Of a stretch of DNA of 64,000 nt, positions 1-12,640 are shown in pieces. Each line of letters starts with the position of its first letter. Position 1 is the first letter of the stretch. The stretch is taken from positions 4,511,957 to 4,575,956 of the forward strand of contig CM082591.2 in NCBI GenBank assembly GCA_040954595.2, given 5' to 3'. The notes under the pieces are model-generated. The model saw nothing but the letters and a program-made list of their open reading frames with translations, was not told where the DNA came from and did not search any database. The stretch comes from Balanoglossus misakiensis. Taxonomy: Eukaryota > Animalia > Hemichordata. Both the position numbers and the translations under genes were made by a program.

Positions 1-1134
1 TGCTCAAAGTACTCCTGCATCTCTTAATTCATTCATGAGTTCGACTTCCATAAACGCTAATTCATCAGGAATGCACTTTCCATTCCTCACACCGCTGGAA
101 GCTCAAATCTCCCCGGCAACGGGACAGCCTTGGCAGCCGCCTGACTGGATGACTCCATGACTGAATATGCAAATAGTGCAATGTCATGTGACCCCTGGCA
201 ACCCAATCAGCAGGTGGCATTTCTGTACCTGATATTTTGCATGCATACAAGAATCCATTTTCTGCACATGCATTTATCGAAAAAAATTTCACAATGTGTC
301 GTGATGGTCTAAAATAATATGGCGATTCCACACATGAAGTTATATGCATTTAAATGTTACCAAAAAATGACAAGAAAATGAAAAAAAATTATGTGTAGAG
401 AGAAAATGAAGAGAACCAAAAAAAGATATATGCAAACTTATCATGTTGCAATACGAAGATAAATGTAATGTCTGCTGCTGGTACAAAAATGGTTACTCTG
501 ACAATTTAGGAGTGTAGTCTGTTCTACTGGAGGCATCGCGATGACAGAAGACCCCCACTTTCTCTCGGGTCCAAAGATCTCACCATACAAGGCAGAAGTA
601 TGCAGCGAAGGTCACCGAAAACACAGATCTGTTTGGATTAAAACCCGGTGTCAGACACACTGTGTATGTTATCGGGAGTGAGGAGTTGAACATCTGGTGT
701 GTGTGACCCACACGCACGCACACACGCTTTGTATTTATAGGTTTCCTGTAGTAAACGAAACCCCCCAAAAGATCATCGCGGACATTCCTTGAGTGGAGAC
801 TACTGTAATGTGATTAAACGTTGATATGTCTCGGACTCGAGTTGTTTCCTGAATTTTGTGTCTCTGTGTCTGGTAAATAATGTGTGAATAAAACATCGGC
901 TGTTACGGGTTTCAAATGCGGATAAGCCACGTTTTCTTGGCCTCCGCGTGAGCGCGAATGGTTTCATGAAGTTAAGTGCGGTTTGATCAATAATGATGTC
1001 ATGCCGCAGGAATGAATTTATTAGTTTAATTGATTCCAACTGTCTTGCGGTTGTCATTGTTTCGCCATTCTAGTACAGAGGTCATTGTGTCAGTTTTCTG
1101 AAGTCTGCATGTGATGGCTGTCTGACTATTGGCC

Positions 1135-1365
1135 ATTTCTGTGACCCCAAATGACCCTAAATATACATCCTGGTATTTCTGATTGTATGTAGTGTTTGAA
1201 ATTTTGGTGCAAGGAAAATGGCAAAGTTTGGTTTGAAAATGACTTACAGTGGTAACTTGTAACGGAATTCACCAAATGTGATTCATTAAGATTTACATCA
1301 AAATGGTGGATTCCTGCCAATGAAAGTGCCAGGATGTGTAGGGGTCATACGGGGGTCATGCAAAT
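1135..1365. mobile_element. Decayed foldback/MITE-like element with ~40-bp imperfect inverted arms
   Basis: The left arm TGACCCCAAATGACCCTAAATATACATCCTGGTATTTC (from 1142) aligns with the reverse complement of the right arm (ending 1358), TGACCCCCGTATGACCCCTACACATCCTGGCACTTTC. No clear target-site duplication (TSD). Confidence 0.55.
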
Positions 1366-1392
1366 TGTACTGCATGCAAACAGTATAGTGTT

Positions 1393-1418
1393 ATCAATCA
1401 ATCAATCAATCAATCAAT
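1393..1418. repeat. (ATCA)6.5 microsatellite
   Basis: Perfect ATCA tandem read directly. Confidence 0.95.
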
Positions 1419-1698
1419 AATTGAGCATGGTTCTTGTGACGTATTCCACAGTACACGCAACTGCAGTGTGTGTTTGTGTGTGGCCACCTGTCAAACGCTT
1501 CATTCTGCAGACCTAGAAACCAGCTCTGTCATTAGTCACGTTGATGCACTAAGACAGTCTGCTTCTGTGTTGAACACAGAACCAGTACTTCACGCAGTCG
1601 CATCAAGCAAACACATGTTACCCTGTCATGGAAGTGTTTCTGACTCTGAATCAAGCCGTGTTGTGATGGATGGCATTCTCTGACAGGCCTCACCTCTA

Positions 1699-1792
1699 TT
1701 AACCCTCCCGCCGCCAAACTTGGTTCGAGCCTGTCCTTTCCAGGTGGGGGTGGTTGGCCCCACACACAGAGAAATGGGGGGTGAAAGGGTAA
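1699..1792 (-). mobile_element. Degenerate inverted copy of the ~90-bp TTAA/piggyBac-type MITE seen at 57702
   Basis: Starts TTAACCCTCCCGCCGCC and ends GGGGTGAAAGGGTAA. The ~87-bp core length and terminal motifs match the 57702-57799 element in reverse orientation. Confidence 0.55.
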
Positions 1793-2290
1793 TGTTGTTC
1801 AGTGTACTTTTCTAACACCTATTCATAGGTGCGAAAGCCCATAATGGAAATTCTCACAGGGTGCACGGTACTTTTAATAGAAAGTAATATTGCTTAGAGG
1901 TGATACGGTCTGGTGCATTGAAATTAAAATTCTCCTAAAATGTTCCAGACAATTAAAATTCCGATGATATGAATACTTTAATGCCATCCTCCATGATGTA
2001 CTTTGTGGTGAGGCGTGTAAATTAAAAGGTAGTAAGAATTCAGAATTTTCTTTCAGAGGTATGGAGCAGGTGATTGGGAAGGCTGTGCCATGGTTCAAGG
2101 TCAGGACGATGAACTTTTCCTGGTACAATGTAATTTAGTCGTCTTAAAGTGTGGTGTTTGCATTTTAAGGGGGCAATTTAATCTGTGGTGCAGTCTGAAG
2201 TGAAATCTAATTTGCCTGATTGCTGTTAAATTTCTGGTTTTCATTTTCGTTCCATTATCAAGATGGTTTTGTGATGGAGAGGTCTTCTTG

Positions 2291-2366
2291 TGTGAATGCA
2301 TGGTGTGTGTGTGTGTGTGCGCATGTGCTTGTGTATGAATGCATGTGTACATGTATGTGTGCATGC
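2291..2366. repeat. (TG)n microsatellite with degenerate alternating purine-pyrimidine flanks
   Basis: TGTGTGTGTGTGTGTGCGCATGTGC followed by TGTA/TGCA variants. Confidence 0.85.
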
Positions 2367-5300
2367 TTGTAAAAGCTAAACAAGAGCACTTTCATTCAGT
2401 ATTCACTATGTTGTAATGTATTTTCAATACATACATGCATATGAATGAGTATTATGAGTAATATACATGTACAACAATTACCATTTACCATAACATGCAG
2501 CATTCTGTGATACAATACATATGTGTATTTGTATTTGTACAGAATACAGAGTCCCAATACAGCAGATACATTAGTACACATGGTTCCCTGTACTGAGTGA
2601 CAGAATGTTCTATTTTTAGGCTGGATGCTAGTTCATTAGCATAATAGTGTAGCTGTGGTATCACATGATCAGTAGTCTTTTAAACTTAGGGTAACTTTTC
2701 TTACCTTGCTCTAGTTTCATGCAGACTTGCAGGTCAGGCCTTTGATGCAAATGCAGCCCCATGCAGATGAATGAGTCAGAAAGCTGGCATGCAGGGACTT
2801 GAATTTATGCACATTTATATCCTGAGAGAGCAGAGGAGGCAATCAATGGAAGATGTCCCTTTTTCAGTCTCACAGAGGGGGCAGTATGGAGAGGTCAGGC
2901 ATCTTCCTGTCAGTTGCTGCAGGCATGCTGGGCAGGCACTTTTAGGACCTGCCTGGGGGGTCTTTAGGTACCTTAGGTTGTGACCTAAGTTGCTCGACCA
3001 ATGAGGTTTGAGCATTCAGTTAAGCCCCCTAAGCATATTGGAAAAATCAATGTGGCTACATATGAGAGAACAGAATATTTTGAAGAGATTTTGTTATTGA
3101 GAGTGGTAATATTTCTATCGCTTTTTCTGTCGTATTTAAAAAAATTCCCATGCCCTCACCTACATGTTCTGCAACTAGTCATCGACCGCTGATTATGACA
3201 ACAGTGTGGGTGGATGCCTGTTTATTGAAAATAGAAATTTATGATCAGATGTCCTAATAAATTTACAAAAATAACACCTTAGAAATTGCATTTTTTAACT
3301 TCCCACAATAAATTAATATTACAGTAACGAGCTCTCTCTGCATGCATAGGTTATAGCATTGCACATAAATAACGAGTCAGTGTAAATTAGATTAGGAGAA
3401 TTGAGCATCCAGTTTATGAATATGGCACTAATTAGTTGTGCATGTATCTGTAATTAATTAATTATATATAATTAGCTGCGGCATTATTTCCGTCTGAATG
3501 TGCGGGTATCTGAGCACCTTGGCCAGGAATAGGCATAATGACAGTTTGTTATGTAATCCTGCTTTTAGTACCATTGTATGATTCAACGCTATCAATTTTC
3601 AGATTTCATGGCTCAGGTTTATGCAGCCAGTACATGATTTATTCCAATCCTCCTTGTCATTCTTCTGTCAACAGTGTACTTGGAAAAAACCCTGAATATT
3701 TGCACACCATAAAGATGTACTTAACAAATTACCGCCCCAGGCCATGGCAAAACTTCATTTGGTCCATTAGTTTTTGTCGTCATTCGACTGTGATATTAAT
3801 TTGCAGATGGCCCTAGTGATTGTACGGGAGGTACTGATTTCGAGAAGAACAAACATGTACGATGTACATTTATTTTATCAAAGCAGTTTATAATTCCACA
3901 GAGCATCATGCACTTTCATAAAAAAACTGTCCTCCAATTATACGCAACGAAACACCCCACATGACATAAATTTGACCAATCAATGAGCAGTAAACAGATG
4001 AGACGTGTTTACATTTACCTGTACTTCTCAAATCACATTTAATGATAAACTGCAGAACACAGCCATGAAGAATAGACTCTTCAGGTCAGGGCTCTGCTAG
4101 TAAAAACAAAACTATCTTGTCAGCATATATTTAGTGCAGGCCTATTAAAGCCTAGTTGCTGGGGTACACTCAAGGGCTAGGCAATTGACCTTTTGGTTTG
4201 TGGGTGTACGCGATTAAAACGTAAACGTGTGTACCCAGTTGGGTCTGTTAAACAACTACCCTGGAAAATTTGGTCTGAATATATTACTAATAAACTTCAA
4301 AATTATTTGCTTGCCAAATGGATTAGTAGATATCAAAATGTTGTTTTTGGTGTGTTTGTAAATATTATGACGATTCATTGGAGGTGAGGACTCTCAAGTG
4401 TTTTATTTGCATTTTGCAGAAATAGTTTTTGATATCAGTTAACCTTTGAACTATGAAGAGGATGTGACATCACTATGCAAGAGCCGAGATCGAACTTTAG
4501 AAATTTTCCTGTTAGTGATAAACGAAGGAAATTGATGAATGAACTTTTCTTTTAACTTAAAATTGAATAATAAGTGTGCAGTTTATCTTTCCAAATATTA
4601 AACCAGTCGCATTGTATGTGGCAAGCTTCAAAAGACAGATACATAAAATATATATTGCAGGCTGATGATGTAACTTTATATTTCCATGTCTTTTGTATGA
4701 TTGTACTGGTCCACTGGTTCTGAATGGGGCACCGACAGAATATAAGTAATTATTCATAGCAAGTCATCGCTGATGTCGTTTTAGCGTAAAATACAACGAT
4801 ATTTCATGCGAAATAAAAATGCTATAAAATGCAATGTCTGAAGTGGTGTTCTCAAACTTAATGGCTCATTCGAAATGATTTGATATTATAACTAGTCTGT
4901 CCTGTAGCTAGTATTTGATCAGGCAGAAAATTCTGCTTTGGTGATTTAACATTCATAATCGAAACGTAGACCTTTCCGCTGTGAGGAATGTGGACATACA
5001 ACTGAGAAATTACTTGATCTGAGCGTAAATGTTAATTTGGTTTTGATAACATTTTTGGGGGGATGCGAAGTTGAAGACCTTTAGCGGTTGCTAGGAGCAG
5101 TTGCAATATTTAAATTCCGGGCATTTCTGTCCGTGTGTTGTTTCATGGTTATTAATCATTACAGACGAAATGTTAAATATTTTCAAGCATAATTGGTGGT
5201 TTTTCCCTGGGGAAACTTTTGAAATATCAGAGGTTGTTGTAATTGTCATAAAATTGGGAGTTGGAATTTTTTGAAAATGGATACAAGTTATTCATGATTA

Positions 5301-6238
5301 TGTATGATATCTATACCACTGACAAGTAACATGAGAACTTCTTACAATTGTATCTGAAATGAAGCATTTTCAAGAGTTATTAGCAATAATTGTAGCCAAT
5401 TATTTTCTTCGATGTGTGCTGGTATTGTGTTTACTATAAGCTCACGATCATACTTATGAGATACAGTCCAGTGGTACAGGGTGGGCTCACTCTTTTCGAA
5501 ACATCTGACTTCAATTCCTGGTTTTAAGCAAAGAAGTCCACACTTTTCTTTCTTTTTGACTCATGTACCAGACAGTACATGTAAATGTGCAGTAACAGGC
5601 ATCATCTTGGCTGTCTTTCCTCAGCTGACTGATTCCTAATTGAAAGAGTTCGGGTCACAGGGTATGGACCCCGGCCGCTTGGCAGCGTGGTGTGGCGTGG
5701 GTTTCGTAGAATATTTGGTCAAGCGGAGAGAGAGAGATAGAATTATGTCGGGTTTCAACAAAGTGACCCTGTCACACCTTTGGGGTGTTTTTGTGCCATG
5801 CATGTGCGACCAACCGTCAGGGTAATATACTGCCATTTCTCTGGAACTCCATAAAATGTAGACTAGATTATCAGACACACCGAAAACGCCTCAAGTGGTA
5901 TATCTCCAGCAGAAAGAGTTGAATCCCAAAATAATGGTGTGGGGTTCAACTTCAGATTCTGACCAAAATAACAATGAGGTTTATATGTGCAACACCAGTG
6001 ATCAGAATTATTAATATTAAAAATAAAGTAATGTACCACAGGGAATGAGACAAGTCTCTCTGTTTTTGAAAATATTCTGTGCTGTCCTGCGCAATCTCAA
6101 GTGGTCCTTGAGTGATATCAACAGTGGCAGTACATGTAGCTATTTACAACCAGATTTCCTCTTTTATCAAGGCCTTGTGAAAATAGATAACTTCTATGAG
6201 TAACCACAGAAATTCTATGAACCCTAGGATAGGGCAAA

Positions 6239-6360
6239 TGTCAGCCATGTGTGAAAATATTTACCCAACCAGGTGGCCTTCATAGGGGGGCCCTGTAATA
6301 GGTCAGCGGTCAGTGTCAGCGCCATGTGCAAAAATATCCAAAAGGCCAGGTGGCCTTTAT
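6239..6360. repeat. Imperfect local direct repeat (~45 bp, two copies ~75 bp apart)
   Basis: TGTCAGCCATGTGTGAAAATAT...CCAGGTGGCCTT (6239-6283) versus TGTCAGCGCCATGTGCAAAAATAT...CCAGGTGGCCTT (6314-6360). Confidence 0.7.
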
Positions 6361-6749
6361 TGGTGCTTGATGAATGAGTGAATCGCGTTTGCTGTCACAA
6401 TGATTCTGAAAATTACAAATTTTGACAAATGTTCACATCTAGATTGCGGAAAGCTAAATATTTGTAGCTTTTGTGGTTGTCAGCTCTAATCAATCTACTG
6501 TTGATTGGTTGATTAATTAATTGATTTGCAGTGTACTTTATACATGAACTTTTACAATATGACGATGTACTTCACCCAGTTTTTCTTTCTACACGTGTAG
6601 AAAAATACTTTCCTTCCTTCCGTGGAATTTCACAATGTGCCTTGAAAATCTGAATGTACTACAAGTCATATTTAATAAGCCAAACTGTTCTTTCCCCCCA
6701 CAACCGTCATTAAAAACACTGTTACTCCCAGACAGGGCCGAGCTTTGAT

Positions 6750-7120
6750 ATGGTTGGGTGGAACGACGCTTTCTCTGCCAAGAGTGGGGACGTTTTACGT
6801 CATCCCGCGACAGAGGCCAGCACCTCGCGCCATCAATCAAAGTAACAAATGTGCCCAGTCTGTCTGCGGAGTACCGGTGCCTCGCAGAATTTATTGACTT
6901 CGGATGTCCTCATAATGGTTTGTGGAAAGGGGGGCCATGTGCTCGCGTCGTCCGGCAGAGCGGCGGCCATTGAATTTGATTTGTTTCGGGGTGCCGCCGC
7001 TGACGTAGTTTGGAAGATTGCGTGCGGGATTCACGCGACGAATTGGTCGATTTGTTGCGAGTGACGTGAGAGAACGAATTAATGCGTGGCTTGATGGTTG
7101 CACCTAGCAACCGGTGGGTA
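6750..7120. promoter_or_regulatory. CpG-rich patch, candidate cis-regulatory element
   Basis: Visibly higher GC and CpG than the flanks. Contains TTACGTCA (6795), TGATTGATGG on the minus strand (6830-6839), TGACGT (7001, 7062) and the X-box-like GTTGCACCTAGCAAC (7097-7111). Function is inferred from motifs only. Confidence 0.45.
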
Positions 7121-7420
7121 CAGCAAGCCTTTAGCAAGATGGCTGAAATTTAGCGGTTATCAATTAACGACGGTGTTCATTAATAAAGAGGGTGGATTTA
7201 GGTATTCTTGTGGCTTTTTTCGGCCTTTCTTAAGGGTGTGTGATTTAGGTAGACCATACTGTGTCTCTACCCCTGGCATAGTTAGACAAGCACGAGACAA
7301 AGGCTTCAGTTTCTGATCAGTGGAACAACTGTTACATGCAAAGGTTACATTGGGTGTCTATTCCCTTTGTGTATAGTTGGAGCATGCTGGTCAGGTCTCC
7401 TCCTGCTGGAGTTATGGGAA

Positions 7421-7465
7421 AGGTCACTGTGACCCGAGGCTGTGAAGTCCTGACCTTGGTGACCT
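7421..7465. promoter_or_regulatory. Nuclear-receptor response-element cluster (IR3 + DR3)
   Basis: AGGTCActgTGACCC (7421-7435) matches the GGTCAnnnTGACC IR3 consensus. TGACCTtggTGACCT (7451-7465) is a DR3 on the minus strand. Confidence 0.4.
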
Positions 7466-9295
7466 TAGAAGATATTGGTGTCTGCATTGGATACATTATA
7501 GCACCTCGGGATGGAGGGGTGTGTAGTCTTTGTGAGAACCTTTTTTGCCAGGGGCCTGTTTTGTTTGGTTAGAGTAAAATGGCAGTCTGTGAGATCTGTT
7601 GTATGCGGTCATGCAGTGTTGGTCATAATCAATAAAAAGGATAGGAGAACCACCAAAACTGAGTCACCTTAAAAAGGCTTGATTTGGAGACACTGAATTC
7701 TGCCTCAAGTGCAGCCTGAGAAAATTCCTTTATTCCCAATGCATTCCAGGTGAAGTTTACTGTACTGCATTCTGGGAGATTTGTAACATTATGGGATAAA
7801 GTTCTCCTTCGTCATTCCCTTTACCCCAGTGCATCCTGGGAAAGATGCATTCTTGGAGGATCGTCTCGCGTTGCATTTTGGGAGATTTTTGTTGATCTTC
7901 AGCACACAGCTAGTCCAGCAGCAGATCTGTTGCACTGTATCAGGCAATTCTTGCAACCCAACAGTGGAACGTTTTTGTCAGTCATGCAGAAGTAGCCAGC
8001 ATACACTGCACATTAGCCGTGACATTCTCTGAAATGGAGTTTGGCAGGGCTGAGTATTTCCCCATTAAGGCTACCTCCTGTAGTTCTAGTGACCCCTTGC
8101 ACTCCCTCCCCTCGGGGTTCAAAGACGTCATGACATTTCCATTGTTTTGGCCGCGTAACTCGATGCGGCAGTCGCGTCAGAAGGCAGAGCTGAGTGCACG
8201 CACGCTATTCTTCTGTTCGGCGATCCTGCCACGCTTGAGGTGGATTTTTCTCTCGTGGCTGCGTTTCAAATGGTCCGTCCCCTTTTTCGAGCTGCCTCGT
8301 TTTTAGGCATGATGTTGCGTCGTGGTGAAGCCAAAATCAAATTCGGTCGAGTTTCCTCAATACTAGAAAACAAAATCCAACAGAAATGTTGTGTAAATCG
8401 GACAAAAATATTGTGTATTAAACCTTTTATCCTCTTGAGATAAGTGATTGGACACGGTTGAAGTTCAATGTCGATCAGCCATGTAAACATACAGTATCAC
8501 GCATGTTTGTACCGTTCAAACTTCCAACCAACGGTACAGGCAAATAAATCGGCACCCAAAACAACTCAGCCATAACTTTATTTTCAGGAAGACACTTGTT
8601 GGAATACTTTCCACATAATAGAAATAACTGCAAAATTGACCTCGTTGGCCGTGCGTTTTGGTGGTGGGTCAGGCACAAATATAGAGTATACCTGACCGGA
8701 CTTGGAACAAACACACTGGCGTAATGTGAAAGGGGAACCGTAATGAGGTCATTGAACTTTGCATGCTCGGTGACATGCATTCACATATCAAGGAAACCTG
8801 TAACGATGTTTTAAAGACTCGTTTGTAAGATTCTGTGGTCTTGTATCAAGTATAATCATATTTATCAACATTGAATGGGGTGTTTTCAGAAGATGTGAAT
8901 CGTTGCAGCATGGAGATGTGGACCGCGACTGAAACGTGGCATGTTTTTGATATGGTAGCCTAGTTTTTGTTATTGATCATTTGCATACAAAGAATGCGCA
9001 TGTATTATATTCCCTGTCACTCACAGGGCAGTGGATTGTTAACTGCAAAATATTCTAGATACAAAACACACATGGCTACTGTGACATGTTCTGTCTTATT
9101 TACATAGCAACAATAGTTGTCAGTCAGTTCCAACTCTGTTGCATCTGAGACATTCCCATGGTCAACTGACTACAAGGAGAGCATGCAGTTACTGGTTATC
9201 GCATGTCGTTGTGCTTGCTTGTCATGTGGCCAAGCTGCACTAAAACCCATAGTCACTTTGACTGGACATGTTTTAAAGGGATGTATGCCATGATG

Positions 9296-9630
9296 TACAG
9301 TGTAATACAAAGTAGCAAACCACATTGTTTGCAATGATGTACTTTGTAGCATTGTACAGTGTAATACAAAGTAACAACCACATTGTTTGCAATGATGTAC
9401 ATTGTAGCAGTTACACTACATTGTACAGTGTAATACAAAGTAACAACCAAATTGTTTGCAATGATGTACATTGTAGCAGTTACACTACAGTGTAATACAA
9501 AGTAACAACCACATTGTTTGCAATGATGAACTTTGTAGCAGTCGCACTACAGTGTAATACAAAGTAACAACCACATTGTTTGCAATGATGTACATAGTAG
9601 CAGTTACATTACAATGTAATACAACGTAAC
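9296..9630. repeat. Minisatellite, ~62-bp unit, ~5.3 copies
   Basis: Unit TACAGTGTAATACAAAGTAACAACCACATTGTTTGCAATGATGTACATTGTAGCAGTTACAC starts at 9296, 9355, 9424, 9486, 9548 and 9610. Confidence 0.95.
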
Positions 9631-12630
9631 TATAAAGTACATTGTAGTTGTTACTGATTGTGCCTACTCTGACTTTCTAGCAGTTGTGTTCTATAACTTA
9701 GACTCATACCCATACCTGATGTCACACACGGTACGAAACTTTTCAATCAACAATAAAAGTGAAATGGAAGAGGCAATCATATGCATCACAACAACCAAAA
9801 GTCTGTTTTTAATCACATCCATAATCATTCACTTACACATAAGAGAGTAATTTTCATCAGCAAATATATTTCATTACCTGCGCTGTGATGCGATATGTCT
9901 CAATTTGAATTCTCTGAGGGGTGTTCGTGAAATACGACAGGAACTTGATGGATTTCGGTGCGTGATTTTTGTGATGTTGAATTTCAAAATTATCCTGGTA
10001 AATCATACTTGCTTTGATCAACTGAGAATGTATATTTTTGTGGAAAAGTTTGAAAGTTGAAAAAAAAATTGGTGTTTAATTGCTCGAGAGATCCTTGTAT
10101 TGATGGCAAAAAGTGCCTGAGTGGGGTGAATGGAAAATTATGATGTAAAGTACATTGAAACGGCATCAGTCATTGGTGTTTGTAATTGATCGCAGAATAT
10201 TCACTCTCTGTCAATGTAAGGGGATATTGTCAATGTGTGTTTGACCTAATGAAGTGTATTGGAATAACAGTCTGGGCATCTGTGCTCCCGTGGGTTGTGT
10301 CGGCACAGTGAGTTTCTTAATATAGCTCCCGTCTCTCTCTCTCTCGGAAAGATGAAATGTCAACACGATAATCGGAAATGCAAATAACAACTCCCAGAAA
10401 TTGAAGTGGCTTTCGCTAATAGCGCGCAAGTCGTGTTGTGATGGGCCAAATTCAAAAGAAATCGTTAGTTAATTTGCGAGGCAGCCACGAAACAAAGGCC
10501 ACTGAAAGCAATAAATGACACTCAAGTGGCTACCCTGAATTGAGCCTGTCTAGCGTTTATAATATTTTTCCAATATTCAACCAATACTTTGCAATTAAGA
10601 GATTACGAAACATGCGTAATGGGCAGTAATGATGTGGTCATCACAGAATGTGCGAGGTGCAGGTACGGTATTCGCGTCCAGGTACGGCATTGGCGTTACT
10701 CAATACAATAACATATTCATCGTAACTAATTTGCAACTTCTTGGTACGCTGTGCTTAGTGATTCGTCGGTACGGTGCAGTCGGTTCTGATTCATGCATAC
10801 CAGCATGCAACCTTACGTCCGTGGGGTCAGAGGTCAACTAAGGGGTGAAATGTCAATTTAAGTGTTTATTTTTGGGGGATTTATTTTTAACAACTAAGTG
10901 CTCTAAATTTGTTGAACCAGAATCTATACCCCATTGTCGAAACCTGTCGACAGAAGCCTGGCCACTCCGATATCTAAACAGAATCTGTGATTACTGTTCA
11001 TGCTAACATCAATGAATGACTTGGGAACTTTTAACTTAACATCATGTAGTATGAAGCTCTGAATCTAGATCTATTTTACATCTTACAATTTACATTTGCA
11101 AGGGTCATCTTGGACGCTGAACTGCTTGTATATATGAAAAATAGGTCAATTGTATATTTACAGGATATAACTGTAATATAACTGTTATCTCAATGTTGAC
11201 ATTTACAACATACAATATGGGTTGACATTTTCAATAGGGATATAAAAATAGATCTAGGTTATCATGCTATAAATATTGATCTATTTTGATGCTCGGCCCT
11301 CAAAACTAACAAAATATTGTTCCAAAAGCGGGACATTATGTAATGTTTATTCAAATATGTTTTTAATTAAATTTGAATGTCATCCCATGTAAATTGTCTA
11401 ATAGCTAAACACAGACGAGATCTCGTAGAATCTTGTAAAGTTCAGAATATGGTCTATTAATATGGCTATCACTGGGCCAACTTGTTCTTATCCCAATGTT
11501 AGCAAATCAGAAAATAACTCTGGATTATAATTCAATAGTCTGTTCCACATCTTGTATTACTGGATAGGTGCGCTGGCTTCATATCACCTTTTTGAAAATC
11601 GCTTTACATTTTACCTTTTAAAACATGACACCACCCACCCACACATGTTTCAGCAGCGTGGGCACACAGGACTCGGACAAAAATCAACAGTGCAAAGCCT
11701 CGTAGCGACACGAAAGAACTCTCTCGCCCAGAAACCATATTAATGGATGAGTGTGAAAGAAATATTATCCAATTTCCACCGAAAGAAATTTTGATCAGGA
11801 ATAATGATGCCTTATGCGTGATGTATGGCTGGTAATGCCATAAATTTATTAAAATATGAATCTTATATTGCAAATGCCCTCTAGGTTTCTGTTTTGCCTT
11901 CTGTGATGTGTGGGTTGATATGTCGTTCGATCAAAATATCCATAATCTTATTCGTAGTCACATCCACTGATGTTCCAAAGTTTTCAGAATTTCTGGGCCT
12001 GGAAATAGACGTTTTCGCAAACGAAACAGAGTGAAAATTAATGATGATATACTGGTACAGTGAAATAAGGTTGAGAAGTTACTTTTATATGCAAATCACA
12101 ATTAATTTGTATTAATTTGTGTTATCATTTAAAGACTAGGGTTTTGCTGCTGCCAGCGTTTCCGTATGAACGATAAACCATTTTAATCCTTATGGATCAG
12201 AACGATTTTCTCCCGGTGAACACAGATATTTATCATCAAAGCTGAGTGTTTCTGACCTAATAGCGCAGAAAAAAAAAATGTTTTGCGGTTTCGAATCAGG
12301 TGCCATTAAAATTCCACTGCCGGATCAGTTGTGCTTGGACAGAATAATGTCAATATTTGAATGCAGTGATGATATGTGGCGAGCACGTCAGTCGGATAGG
12401 TGTGTAGTGTGGGTGTTAAAGCCAGCTTTGCCTCCAGTATGTAAAAAGTTCACCCGCGTTCGCCGGAAAGTGCGTACGCTAATAGTCTAAGCAGCTAATT
12501 AAACTTTGATATTACGTCAATTGAGGGTGGCTGGGTTATAATTGGTGACTTGAAATTTGCTTTAGTCAGAGTAATTAAGACCATATAGCAGGTAGATTGT
12601 TGATATTAAATCTTGAAGTATATGACAGGA

Positions 12631-12640
12631 GGGGGGGGGG
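12631..12640. repeat. Poly-G run (G10)
   Basis: Read directly. Confidence 0.9.

Noticed and set aside
285-6654. Shared 14-mer AATTTCACAATGTG (peptide SRHIVKF in two ORFs) at 285 and 6626
   Set aside because: Several repeated 14-mers are expected by chance in 64 kb of AT-rich DNA, and the similarity fades within ~30 bp.
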